Assembly (NCBI GenBank): GCA_036172245.1
Contig: JAYWIR010000023.1
Coordinates: 1,922,001 to 1,986,000 of the forward strand
Direction of reading: 5' to 3'
Source: Raillietiella orientalis
Lineage: Eukaryota
DNA length: 64,000 bases
Shown: piece by piece, positions 49,200-61,695 of the stretch
Numbering within the stretch: the first letter of the stretch is position 1
How the letters are laid out: every line of letters starts with the position of its first letter
Translations under genes and position numbers: made by a program
Notes under the pieces: model-generated
Told to the model about the DNA's origin: nothing
Seen by the model: the letters and a program-made list of their open reading frames with translations, nothing else
Databases searched by the model: none

Positions 49200-50500
49200 T
49201 CATTTATCTCCAAGGAAGGGATCCGACGGTCTAGAATGAGGAGGCGAAGCGCTGTGGCGAGGAAAGAGCTGAGAGCATCCAGCTCCTCACGTTGTGACAT
49301 GGCCAAATGAGGTGTGTAAAGAAGGCCATTGACATGACCATGCCCGCTGGAAGAGACAGCATCTTATGGATTGTTCCGGTATGAAGAACATCCTCTCAGC
49401 GCAGCATCTGAGAGAGTCGTCCTGGAAACGGGCGCCTCTAGCCCAGAAACTCCGAGCCGCATTTTGGAGGATAGGTAAACGACCAGCTTGATGTTGCCGC
49501 AGAGAAAGGAGGGGGAAACTCTTCGTCTCGTTTGCCGAATAGCAACAAGCGCAGCGCAGCGCAGCAGTGCTCGGAAATCCTGCAAGTTCCATCTGCAAGT
49601 GGTCATTTTCCTTCGAGGCATCGGACATCAAAGAGGCAAGAAAGGAGGATGTACCCTCACTGAAGAGGGAGAGAACGCCTCTTGGTCAGCATGGGACAAT
49701 GTTTCTTCCTCTCCTTCCCTTCTCCAACGTGCTGCTACACCGTGTCGGCGACCTCTCAACCAGAGAACGTGACCAAAGATGTCGACACATATTCTCGGGA
49801 TCCTTTTGCTACTTTTCCTTACGTCTTTCGTCCCTTCTGTTACTCCGCGCTTAGAAAGGCAGCGGCAATGCCTTGTCTGGAACAACGAACCTCCGCGCCC
49901 TCGCTGGTTTCTCTCTGGAGGTCATTCCTAGGCCTTTTACGATACACGGATGTCTTGCTCCTGGATCTCTTCCACTAGGTTTCTGCGATGCTTTCTCATG
50001 AGACTAATGATTGACAATGCTCTTTGATCTTTCAAGTAGGTGTGCCTGCAGTAGCGCCGCTCAGGAAGCGACTGCTCCACAAGCTTCCCTCGGTCAGAGA
50101 ACGATCCCTGCTTGACTTTGAGGTTGGAGAAAAAGTGACACTTAGGGAAAAGGACTCATCCTTTTCCTTAAGTGTCACGTTTTCTCTTTTAAAGATCATG
50201 ATTTTTAAGAACAAATCAAGCCGCTGCAGACCTATCACGAATGAAGAAAGAGCGGTTCTACTGTCCCCTGCCAGTAACTGTGGTGCATCTTCAGCCTTCC
50301 AGCTTTCCATGACCTCAGGAGCAGGTGGCTTCCGGTCTTCCTGAAGCCGGGAAAAATCTATCGAGCATGGTGGATTTCACGTGCTTCTGTGGGGATGGTC
50401 GGATGGCACTGCCTAAAATCCTTCGAACTGCCATTTCGAATCCATGCTCCTGCGCTCCAAGCTCCTTCACTTCCGTGCAATCAGGACTGCCCCTCCTTCC
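49200..50500 (-). mobile_element. degenerate L1/Tx1-like APE/RT fragment
   Basis: SSFVIGLQRLDLFL (sRlD.fl, ~50205-50250) and GNIKLVV (giItLi). Two short collinear DNA matches to the reverse complement of 63450-63610 (ACCAGCTTGATGT; AGCATCCAGCT..TCACG). Confidence 0.5.
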
Positions 50501-53500
50501 TGACATGTAACAGTAAGACCGTGATAGGTCTGCAGTGGATTGATTTGTTCCCCTGGATTACAGTGCTGTTCGCATTTATCCTTAAGTAGACAGCTCCTAT
50601 CCTAACACCGTGACCAGAGAGTCCTTCCTAGTAATACTTCATCCAATTTTTTGGACGGCCTACTAAAGCAGTATACTCCTTCCTCCGTCTGTCCCCATAT
50701 GCAGACTGAATCATCTTGCCTAAGCTCTCCCACCTCCTAGTCACCCCTCCGATACTTCGAGACCACCTATGACCACGATGGGTTGTCTGAAAACCTTATC
50801 CTCTGGCTCCTCTCTTCTAGTGGCTTCCGGGAACGAGCAAAGTCAAATTCAATGGCCTTCTTCACACACCTCCTAGCCTCTGCATTCGTTCCATCTAACG
50901 TTATCGACCTCTCTCTTTTACACATTGAAGGTCTTTTCAGTAACTTTGCCTTTCGAAGGGAACGAAACCGGAAGTGAGTCTTTTGCTTCCTCTATACGGA
51001 CGAAACGGTGAAACGTATGGAAACCATTCATCTGGATGCCTCATCAGCAACAACGAGATGCGGATCAAAATGCACGAGACGGACAAACATTGCTGAATGC
51101 GTGTGGCAAGGTTCACGAAGCTGAAGAGCATTTCGTAGCTTCCTTCTGCTTGGCTTGGCATCCTTTGCCCACCAGGTCCGCTCTAATCTTTGTCAGCAAT
51201 GCTCCATGACAATCTGTTTTCTCTGTTTTCCCCTCCTCAAGAGTTCAGACGCTATCAAATAAATGACATTGGCATGTACTGTCGTGAACCGGCTAAGAAC
51301 AGAGGTCCACTCCTGTTGGATTTGGTTCATAATCTGGTCTACACTACAAAATCCTGGACTTTACTACATCATTATTATTACTATTGTTACCACATTTTTT
51401 AAACCACTTTTTTCGCAAATGAATCCTTCTCATCCATGGAATTTGTCCCCGTTCTTCAGATGACCATTCTTCAGCCAGAGAATTCTTCTGCTCAAATCGA
51501 GGAGGGCTCTGATTGTGTGCTACCTCTCTTCAAGGGAAAAGGAATTGCATGAAGATGAAGATTCTTCATAAGATGGAACCCCGAATCACATCACATCAGG
51601 GTTTCGAAGGTCTTTTAAGTTGAAGTTAAGCTACAAGAAGAAAGACGTGGACAAAAGCAAATGCACTCTTCAGCTTAGTTTACAGCAAAAAGAGGCTACT
51701 GGTGAACGATATTTAAAATCAGATTATGGAGCCAGCAAGAGACCGAGGTCCTGGAGTACCCAGTAAGTGTATGTTAAATGATCTACAAGATTACAAAGCT
51801 TAGGGAGATTAGAGACCTTAGTTCTTGATTCAGTGATTACCACACTTTTTTTCCTGAAGCTGAAAAAGAATAGCCACTTTCGGGAGTGGTTTAAAGGCGA
51901 AAAGAAAAGTCAGCTTTTATGGAAACCAGTTCCAAAATGACAACCACATTTCAGATATTCAGAATAAAAAGTGATTACATGCACCAGTGGTAGCACTATA
52001 ATCACAGCAGACTCATAATCACAATGATATTTACAAAATAAGTGAAATAACCAAGTCATGGATGAAAAGAAGCTTCGGTTAAACCCTCTTTATTTCCTCT
52101 GTGTGGAGGGTGCATCTACCTGCCCCTCCATACTTCCTTCGAGTCCGGAACATGTATTGATTTTGCTCCACCTCGCAGTGAGTACCCTAGTCAGCCTACT
52201 TTTTTTTTTTTTTCCAAGTCTTACTCGAAAGCCTTAAGCAGCACACTTGCAGCACTTCAAAGATGGCTTCTACTCTGAGAAGAGTGGTTGTTCTACAACA
52301 CCAGTCCAGAACGACAGACTCAACTTGTGATTCTTTTTTGGTACGATGCCACAGATCATCTCCCTCCCATCAACAAGGGAAAGATCTCCCCTGCTTTCCA
52401 TAATTTCTTCTCCATTCCGAGAGGCCACAATATTTTCCGATAAGGATTTTCGTTTTGCATTTCAAACTTTTGCAATTGGACTGTGGGGAGGCGTAAGAAG
52501 GAATCTGTTTTCCATAGGCTTCGAAATTTCTATTTTCTTGTCTTGTCTGTGCAGTTTAGCTGGATGTCTGAATGCACAAAATTGTTTGTCTTGTTTGCTG
52601 CAGCAGGCTCTGTTTGGCGCATCCTTTTGGTTTTTCTAGGTGCGTCTTGCAGAGAAGGGTTGTAAGTGTGAGGAGTTTGGAGTATCCTTAAAGGTGTTGG
52701 GTTCCTTGGTGGCTTGTTTCTTCTTCAATGATTGAGAAGGATGAGTGATCTTCTAGAAAGTGCTTGCTCTGGTCCGTGTGGTTGTTGAAGATAGAGCATC
52801 AGGATAGGTGTTCTGCCTAAGATTTGGAAGATAAAATTCGGTCAAGTTTGTTGCCTTTGTTTTGTTTTGGTCTTCACGCGTAGCTTAGGTATAGGACAGA
52901 TGGGATGCTTAGATTGCTTGTGATTGAAAGTTAGAGTCTCGGTAGAATTTAAAGAGAGGTTTAGCTATTGATGGCAAGATGCTTGCTGACTCGGTGGCTT
53001 TATACTCGTCGGAGTGCATATAGGGAGCAGGCTCACAGGACCTTGTTGCAGAGATCGTATTGCCTGCCACATAACTCGTGGAACGTGAAAGCAGGGGGAT
53101 GTAGTTCTATGGTACATAGCATTTCATCCGGTCCGTCTTCTCTTGCATTGCTCTTCCCAGAGTGGGGTGAGAATCGGAAAACTGTGACATGCTATTCTAT
53201 TGACGCGGCTTCCAAGTGTCCTTTTTCTCTCTGTCGACGTACCATACACAACTACAGATAACACAGCCATGAGGCATATTTCTTTAGTCATGGGAAATTA
53301 TGCTGGAATTTTTTTTTCCTGTTTTGCACAAGACTTCCTTATTTTTTGGCTATTCTCAAAATTAAAGCAAGACAAGTGGGATTGCATTGAAGAAACGATG
53401 TAATAAGACATAACGGCTTTTCAGTGGTGTCCATCATTTATATGAATACTGACACGTTTTAGGGAGCTCTCTCGATAATTTACCTCTGCAATGAACACGC

Positions 53501-53799
53501 ATGCCCGTGTTGAAAGGTCTCTTCCTGAATTTGTTTTCTTCAAAAAAAGGGTTCTGCTTTTCCCTTGTGATTATTCAGAGTAATCGTTTTGCTACTCTGG
53601 GGTATGAGACCACCACCTTTGGTGGGTGTATCTTGTAATCTGCACACTATCATCTGACTTTAAGGTTATTTCCCAGTTCTCTCTTGCTTTCTCTGGATAC
53701 CGTGTTGGTAGCTCATCAACTTTCTGCACTGAACTTCTTGATCTCCAGATCTGGAAAGGTAAAAATCCTTTCCGTTCTACGAAATCGAAAAATACGCTG

Positions 53800-55850
53800 G
53801 AAGTTCTCTGACTCGTCACTGTTGGCAAAGTCCACCATCAACGACGCACCTATGACACAGAACAATAGCAAGGCTTGCAGAAGGTTTCCCAGAAATTCTA
53901 TTGAGCATATGTTTTCTTCAAAAGGAAAAATTCAAGAAGGGAAAGGTGTCGGTTGCAAACAAAAGTGTGTACGAGTGCTAAAACCTCGCTGTTACTCGTC
54001 TGGCAGCACCTACGATCTCCTGTTAGTCTTTTGGTTCAGCAAAGGTGCATTTGCAGTATCGTTCATTCTGCGCGGCTGAAGCATCAGTCGTGGAAGTCTG
54101 GGCACACCATCAGGACGTTTGTACCTATCACCCAACACATAGATACACTCCAGAGTAATCATTGGCATCTATGTCATCATGCCACTTGTTTCCATCGACT
54201 GAATCTTTGACTACGAACAACTTTAATGATTGCGGCAAACAAACAGCAATTCACTTCCCTCCTTAAGACACTCTGCTGTGTTGTCTGAAGCCTTGGAAGC
54301 ACAAAAAACTCAATCCATGCATCTCTAACCATTATCTCTGTCTAGAATCCATCCCAGAAGCCAACGACTCATTCCTGTGCCACTCTTCAGACGGTTGCGA
54401 CCACCACCCAATGACGTAGACACCTTCTTGTTCTGAAAACCAAACCACTGTCCGTCCACGTCTCTAATCCGATCTCCATCAGCACAGCCAGGGATCCTTT
54501 CAGAATGATGCTGACGGACCATGAATTCCTAGCCACACGTTTATGCGCTGTTGGATTTTCCAAATGGTGTCGCGGGGAATACATCCAGTGATCAGAGAAT
54601 GCTCCATCATCTTCAGCGTCTGGCTGTCCTCTCCTTTCCACCCTCCACTCGCGGCTGCGGTCACACGACGAGTCTTTCACCCACACCGGTGGGGTGTCAA
54701 CCTGTGCCTTGAGTGGATTTCCTCGGAAAGGCGCGTGCTGGCATCCACCCATTCCGTTCCACTCAGTTTCTCCTAGCACTTCCTCGTCGGCCGGATTCCA
54801 TATTCCCTGAGATCCTAGGACATCCAAGGACAGCATCTCTGGCGGACGAAGGTGCCTGTTTATCACGAATCGGTTGGGATCCCCTCCTCTGAACTTCCCC
54901 CTCTCCCCTTTCCTCGGTGCCTCAACAGGAGAATCGTAGGAGCAGGCGACGTCCATTCTGAGAGCAGCCTTCCCGTCTCCGTGGAGCGGGGCCGCACGAG
55001 ATCACGGTTCGGATGTGTTCCAGGAACGGATGGAACCGGACCACCACTTCGTCGCGTCTCCAGATGATCCTCCTCTCTCGTTCCAGGTGGTGCTGTGCTG
55101 GAGGATGTGGTCACTTCCACAGGTGCACACACACGTCCATCACGTGGGCGTTGTGTGCACGGATGTGGAATTGAGCCGCGCCGCGCGGACCGACTTGCGA
55201 TCGGAGGGTCTTGAATTTCCGCCATGGAACAGGAAACGAGCCGATTCCCGATGCGTTGTCGCATTCAGGACAATGGCGCTTCCTTGGATCCCGGATGCTT
55301 TTCAATGAGGGAAAGCCATGCTTCGTTGGGCTGGAGGTGATTTTCTTCTTGCACTGGTTTTCTTTACCCGACCGCAATTCCGGGCTCCCTGGAGGCGTTC
55401 CGAGCCACTAGACGTTGAGCTCGTCTTTGCACCCGGCCTTCCGGCTCGCGTGACCCTCGTAGCGTGGTTGGAATGTTGGCATGGCATGGATAGCAGCGTT
55501 ATGGAGGAGTTGCACATGGAGAAACTGCAAGAAAGCCAGCTGACCAGGTTGATGGTGTTTCACAGAATCCATCACGGCCGGCACATCTACTGGGCTGTCC
55601 GGCTGGGGAGTCCTCCGAGTGACCGAGTGCAGAACCTACATAGTCGCGTCGTGAGGGGTAACCACCGACCTCAAGTCCCTCGGAATCCGGGAACTCAAGC
55701 AAGGGGACTTGGCGTAAGGGCGGGAATCCTTGATGTCGGGAGGGAAGCTGAGGATTTTCACTTAGAGGTGAACGACATTGCCTTCCCCTCGATTAGAAAT
55801 ATCCTCTTCTTAAACGGTGGTCAGGAACTATTTCTCAATCTATGGTGCTG
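53800..55850 (+). mobile_element. degenerate L1/Tx1-like RT and C-terminal region
   Basis: LLVFWFSKGAFAVS (lDf.KAFD.v, ~54020-54060), PNDVDTF (YADD-like, ~54407), QHLWRTK (F.W..k), LMVFHRIHHGR (zf-RVT region) and SIRNILFLNG (W..RN..iF). Confidence 0.55.
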
Positions 55851-56289
55851 AAGATGGACAGATAGAGGGAGCAATGCAAGCTGAGAAAACCGCTTCTCTT
55901 GAATTTCTTTACGTAAACCTGCATCGTTGAAATGAGTCTCCAGGGGTTCAGATCATTCACATGCAGTGGCACTTGTTTGTGTTGATGTATTTTTGGAATC
56001 TAAGCCATTGTCCATCTTAGCTAACGACTGCTTCCACGTTTTCTGTTTGTCCAGTTCTGTCTTTATGACAAATCTTCTGGATTCTGTCACATTTGCAAAT
56101 TTCGCTGTCGAAAAAAGAGATCAAATAAGCGGCCAACAACGAAAATCACTTGGAGACTTTCATGATGCTTTCCGTTGCAGATTTAGGAAAGAGCATAAGT
56201 GCAACAGAATTTTCAGCTTGCTGCAGCTTTTAGCTATTGTAAGCTGAGATGAGAGGCCAGCGACCAAGAAACACCAGTTGGCCTGTTTC

Positions 56290-57150
56290 ACAGGAAAGTG
56301 GGTCGAGGTCTTAAATGCTCCAGCAATCGTTGCAGGGTGGTCCATCGGGATGCTCTCTGTCCCTCCTCAGGAGCCTGCACTGTTGCCTTTATGGTGCCAT
56401 TTTTCGTGAGCGGAGGTGCTGTGATACAGGTGGCACTTCCAAATCGATTCCGATGATAGCCACTCGAAGGGATTGGCAGGAGCTGAAACTGCAAGCCACC
56501 TAGGCGCACTGAATTTCGCAAAAATCCCCGCATTTCTCTACAGAGAATTTCATCAGTGAGGCAGGTTGAATCCGCAGACGCTGTTACCGAGAAATCATCC
56601 CCAGCAGATCACGAGAGCCGCCGAGCTTCTTGCAGCTACTGTGTCTTAGCTTGTTTCAAGGTCAGGAACTCCGGGAAAGAACAAGAAAAAAAGTGGCACG
56701 AGTCCCTCTTTCTGAAGAAGCAAGAATGATATGGCGCTGCGCCGTCGAAATTTCGGGAAAAGAACTTGGCTACCACAAAGTTTCTGCCTCAAGCGCGGAT
56801 AATATACCATCAACGCTAACTTTGGAGAGAAGCGTGGGGGAAAAAGGGAAGGAAGATTTTAGAGGGAATTAAATTCTAAATTACCTCCAAAAGTTGATTA
56901 GATCCGGGCAGCCGAGTGCACTTATCTCCTGGAGAAAATGATAGATAGTGGAAGCTGAATAAACGAAGACAGGGGGGATGGGGCGGGGAATTCCACAAGA
57001 TGGAAAGCAAAAACTTTTCTTGATGGACCTTCTGCAGGAAATAAGCAGTGGCTTGGCATATCTCAAGAACTGAGTGATCAGATGATGCCAGCATAGTTGC
57101 GAGGCTGTGCTGGCATCATTTGACCGCATGTAATGACGGTTTATTAGGGT
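56290..57150 (-). mobile_element. degenerate LINE RT fragment
   Basis: SIKKSF...HFLQEISALGCPDLINFW, then SAGDDFSV (YADD-like, ~56585-56608), then RLGGLQF (sGL.iN). Confidence 0.4.
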
Positions 57151-57789
57151 ACTGAAAAACAAATGGCCCAGAATATCCTCTCAGTTCCCAATCCCCTAAT
57201 TATCTGATTAATGATAGTCGTTGATGCTCCCTGCTTTCCATCTTGACGATTATTTCATCGCTTCGTTCTTCCACGGAGAAATGGCAGTATTTCACGTCCT
57301 TCACCTTCACATAGCTGTCTCTTTCACACTGTCCACTTCACCCGAGGGTGAGTGTTGACTCTTCAAGTTAGGGGGTGCTACGGGTGGGGACCACCCCATA
57401 ATCCAGGAAGCATCTGGAGGAAGGAGTCAATTCCTCTTATGCTTAAGAGGCAACCCCGAAGAGAACCCTCGCCCTGTTTGTCCCTGATTTTCATCTGGAC
57501 GACCCCGGGAGTTTCTTAAAATTTAAAAGAAACTCACAAATTGTGGTAGGACGCGTGGTCCTACCATACTCCATTTGTCCACGGACCTGCCGGGTCGCTG
57601 GTATGCAGGCCGGCGGAGGTCAACTTGGCAGCGGAGGGGAAGGGGAGAAAACAAAAAGAAAAAAGAAAGAGTAAATAAAAATAAATAAAAATCTTTGGAA
57701 GGATCGGGAAGGGGCCCCTGTCCACTGGAAGGACTCTGCATCCTTTCTAGGATGCCAGCAAGGTCCGTCTGAATAGGTCCCAGATGGAG

Positions 57790-58261
57790 CTATCTGGACA
57801 CTATTCGCAGAAAGCGAACTGCTAGCTGGACGGTGTCTCCCTCGTTTCTTCCTTTGTCGGCTTCTCTCCAGGCCGCCGCAATCCCGCGGATGCAGCAGAG
57901 AGCTGCTGGGACTGCGTCGGAAAGAAGGGCAGCCCACGCAAAGAGGGGCCCTGAAACGTTCCCAGGAGTGCCAACCGGAGTCCTAGAGTCTCCCCAAAAC
58001 GCTTTCATAGGGACCGGAGGGCCACACAGTCCACAAGCAGGTGTGGGAGCGACTCCTGTTCCCCACACCTGCGACAGTCCGGGATCGCCCTCTCCAGCGT
58101 CCAGTGGTGTCGGCGTGCATTGCAGGAAAGACCGCTCCAAATGCAAAAGTGCTGATCCCTGCCACTTCAGGAGGAAGGCGCTGCTGTTCTTGAGCACTGA
58201 GAGCCACTACAAGTTCTTCGCTAAGAATACTCAGCAGCTCGACCCAGCGCCGTAGTCCTTG
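57790..58261 (-). mobile_element. L1/Tx1-like ORF2 C-terminus with CCHC zinc finger (zf-RVT)
   Basis: DCRRCGEQESLPHLLVDCVALRSL (~58005-58078), a canonical non-LTR CCHC finger. Preceded by RW..L...RLPPEV...GAVFP and followed by AW....RN. Confidence 0.8.
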
Positions 58262-58866
58262 TGGAAGGGCACTTGGAGTCGGAGGACCCTCGCCCTGGTT
58301 GTTCCTGAAGGGAACCCCTGAGGGAACCTCTTCTTTATTCTCTCCAAACGGCCCCCGGTGGGCACCGCTCCCCATTTCTTTTCCGGAGAGAATTCGCAAG
58401 GGAACCGCTCCTTTTTGTTGCTCCTCCGGAGAGAATCCCGAAGGAACGCTTCCCGATTTTTCTGAAGGGCGCTCTCCGAAGGGAGTGCGTTTCTGATACC
58501 TAGAGGAGGCAACCCCCAGAGGGGAATGCTCCATGCTCCATCAACTAACTCCATTATGAGCGATGGAGGCCGCCCCCCGGGGGGAGGGGAACGGCTTCAT
58601 TTGCACAATCGGAGGGGGAATCCCGAAAGCAACCGGCTCTCCTCGATTTCCGGAAGGATTCCAGAGGGTCCACTTCCAATCCCGGCCAGCCGACGGAGCA
58701 CCTCCAGTGCTGCACCCGAAGCCTACAGATGAACTAAGGTCATCTTGCGGGGGTACTCGAAACTCACAACGCTCTCATTTCTCCGCGTTAATCCTCCAAG
58801 TGGGGATTCGAACCTGGGACGTTCGGTGCCACTATGCGCGGAGATCGCTGTAGCCACGCGGCCGCC
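58262..58866 (-). mobile_element. tRNA-derived SINE-like element, copy C (best preserved)
   Basis: The minus strand starts GGCGGCCGCGTGGCTACAGCG (A box-like)...GTCCCAGGTTCGAATCCCC (consensus B box). The body has degenerate GTTCCCTTC-type repeats shared with copies A and B. Confidence 0.8.
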
Positions 58867-58869
58867 TAC

Positions 58870-61250
58870 GCAGGCGCACTGTCCTTTCTTCCTTGTCGAG
58901 GGGTGGTGCGCTCCGTGTTCAAGCGTCGATCACTTCCCGAATCGACACCGCAGCTTTGCCGTAGCTGAAGCGAAGAGGGAACGGACGGACGGCTGAAGAC
59001 AGGAATCGAATTGGGATCAGGATCGTGCTGCCGGGAACGTAACCAGCTGCTACGCGTAGACTCGTGGGCTACCTTTCGAGCATCGCCGGGCCGATGCCTC
59101 CTGACGCATGTGTGTAGCACGCCTGCAGTTGCAGCGCTGAAGCCTCTAGGGGCACCGGCAGGCCATTTCGATGGAGAGTGTCTCAGCTGACCACACCTGT
59201 GACACATCCCAGTCCTTCGGAGAAAGGAACTGCCCGGATGAAATCATGGCGGGAGTCCGAAAGAATGACCAAACTGAGCACGGAGAACGAGCCGATGGAG
59301 GAAAAGAACGGACACGTGCACAGTCTCCTGCTTGCTCCGGCTGGAGAGTCCGAATCGTCGCAGCCTCGACTCCGGACTGCGAGACCATGAACCAGGAAGA
59401 ATGGTGAACGAGAAACTGAAACCTCCGAATCTGATTTTAATCCTTTCTACGGGGGGAGAGAATCCCTCTATTACGGCGTCGGGAGGTCGTTGGGGCGAGC
59501 CGGAGTAGGGAGGGCTCCAACTGAAACGGAAGCATTCGGCGAAACAGGTGTGTTCGAATTTTCCGTCCTTCACACAGGGTTCTCATGGACAGAACAAGGA
59601 GAGGAGTAACCTCGGTGACCTGCGCTGCACCCCATCACGGGTCGCTTGGATGTCACCCATAACCGGGCCCTCGGGCAGTCATGTACTCTGGGAAGGGAAA
59701 TGGAGGCTTCAAGAAATCCATTATAAGTAGGGTCGAGATAGCGGCGGATGCTCGGATGCAGGGCTGCGGTGGCAGATCTCGAGAGGAGGAGGACGAGGTG
59801 CACGAGGTTTCAGCCGTGCTCTCCATAAGTGATGGATGTGCACTGGCTCCTTTTGACGTCTCCCCACTTCCTCCTCGGAGGGCAGCGCGGCTCCTCCTGT
59901 TCACCCACGGTGCACACACCGTGGGTGAACAGGGTCGGCATTCCGCCGTCGATCCTGCCACGTGAGACGAGCAGCGCTGCCTGCAAGCCAGGGACGAGAA
60001 CGTGGGCTGGGGCGAGTTCGCTGCCCCCTTCTCCCTCCTGCTGGATTTCGAGACACCAATCGGAGCTCAGAAGCTGCCTGGACTTTCTCAGGCTGCACCG
60101 CCACTGTGTGGTGGAACCGACAGCAACGAACGGTGGAACGACGAAGGGACGGAAGGGAAGCCGTCATCCGCTTTTCGATCTCCTTGAATTTTCCAACCTC
60201 CGCAGTCGCGTTGGATCCTTCGCGGGATGAAGCCGCGGCTGAGAAGGTTCGCTGGTGCTGCCTCGGTGCTGGCGTCCTCGCTGAGCGAACGCCAGCAGCG
60301 GGCCGAGTCATGTCCCTCACACCCTGCGGGGGATCCTGAGTAACGGAAACGCTCCGCAACTAATGCGGCATCGCCGACCACGCCACGAACCGTTCACGTG
60401 ACTTCTCCATGCTCCCCCGAAGGGATAAGCAGAGGAGGCGGGGGAAGAGGAGGCTCGATCTGCGCTCTCCTCTGTCTGACGGGATGCCATGAGTCGCGGC
60501 GGAGCGCCCAATCGGGTGCGGCGAGCCCGCTTTGCGAATCTGACTCTGCTGACGTCAGCACAAGGTGGCGCGGGGGATCCCGTCCGGGAAGCTGCGGATT
60601 CGTCGGCGAGGTGCCCACCTCAGTCTCCATGCCACTTGCGCTATCGCCGCACCAGGCGCTTTTGAGTGAGCTCATCTAGAGAGCATGTGACGGTTCGGGA
60701 GAGTCAGAGTCGCCTTCAAGCCGTCTTTTCCGCGACCTCCGGTGCCAATGAGCTCTTGGAGAGCAACCGCTGCAGCTCCGTCTCAGGTCCTCTTTTCATC
60801 ACCCTTTTCCGACGCATGATCAAAGCGAATGTTAGCCCTCCCGCCCTCTTCGAAGAAGCTCCCTGTTGAGATGCTTCTTCTTTCCTTCCCCTTGGGATTC
60901 TCGCTCTCTGAGAGACAGCTTTGCGAACGCGCCAACTCCTGATAGTTTCCTGTTCCTCAGGAACCCGTCGATGATTCTTCCCGATAGATGAAGAATTCGC
61001 CAGCGGTTCGCGATTTTCTGGTTGCGTCCGAACATGCTCCTCATGTCCATGTTCCATTCCTTCGATGTCTTTCCGGCATCCTGAAACGAGCTCTTCCGCG
61101 GGAAGACCACACGAAGTGCGACCAGGGCTCTTCCCGGAAGACGACGTTCCTTCAATCAGGGGTTCGCTTGGCTTTTCGCTTCATGGTGCAGCGACTCTGC
61201 TCTCGAACAAGCTGGCCATCATGAGTTTTGTTCCGAGTTGCATCGTCCAG
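58870..61250 (-). mobile_element. 5' part of an L1/Tx1-like LINE (ORF1-like region + APE endonuclease remnant)
   Basis: A GC-rich low-complexity ORF1-like region at ~59900-61250, then an APE-like series: GFLEASI (fLQETH), DGKF, PYSG, IRFGGFS (GDFN), FHPG, RRHRP (SDH.p), RSSWLR...DPNS (W.lN...Dp.f). Confidence 0.5.
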
Positions 61251-61695
61251 CAGAGCAGAGCCAGCTTGCATTCGGGAGAACTTCCTGGAAGCAAAAATCC
61301 AAGGAATAAGAAAAAGACTGGAACTCCCACAAGCAGTTTGGTGTTTTTTTTCTTTTTCTTTTTTTTTCTCTTGCTTCTCCACAAGATAAATTTCATCAGA
61401 GGCAAGGAAACAAAAAAAAGTGGCTGATAAGTTTTTGCATGCTGAAGATGAGTACAGCGTGCTGGCTGTTTTCAAAATTTGTCATCCGGGTTTGGAAACT
61501 GATTGTCCTGATTGTCCATTGTCCTTGTCCTGATGTCCTGCAACCATGGAGTATAATAATCATAGTTCTTTCTTTCAATCAAGAGCATCTAAAAATGCAA
61601 AAATTTATGATTTCTTGTCGTTGAAGCCATCTTGTTCCATCCTTCCATTAAAAAAAGAAAAAAAACCGTATTTTCAACAGGCTCTGAATCTTCAC

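Noticed and set aside
58790..58866. Functional tRNA gene
   Set aside because: A and B boxes are present, but there is no complementary acceptor stem or clean anticodon arm, and the sequence continues into a repeated body. It is a SINE head.
59160..59207. CHRCGQLRHSPSKW as a gag-type CCHC zinc knuckle
   Set aside because: The last Cys is Trp, and the flanking motifs in the same frame fit the APE endonuclease series better. Left ambiguous.
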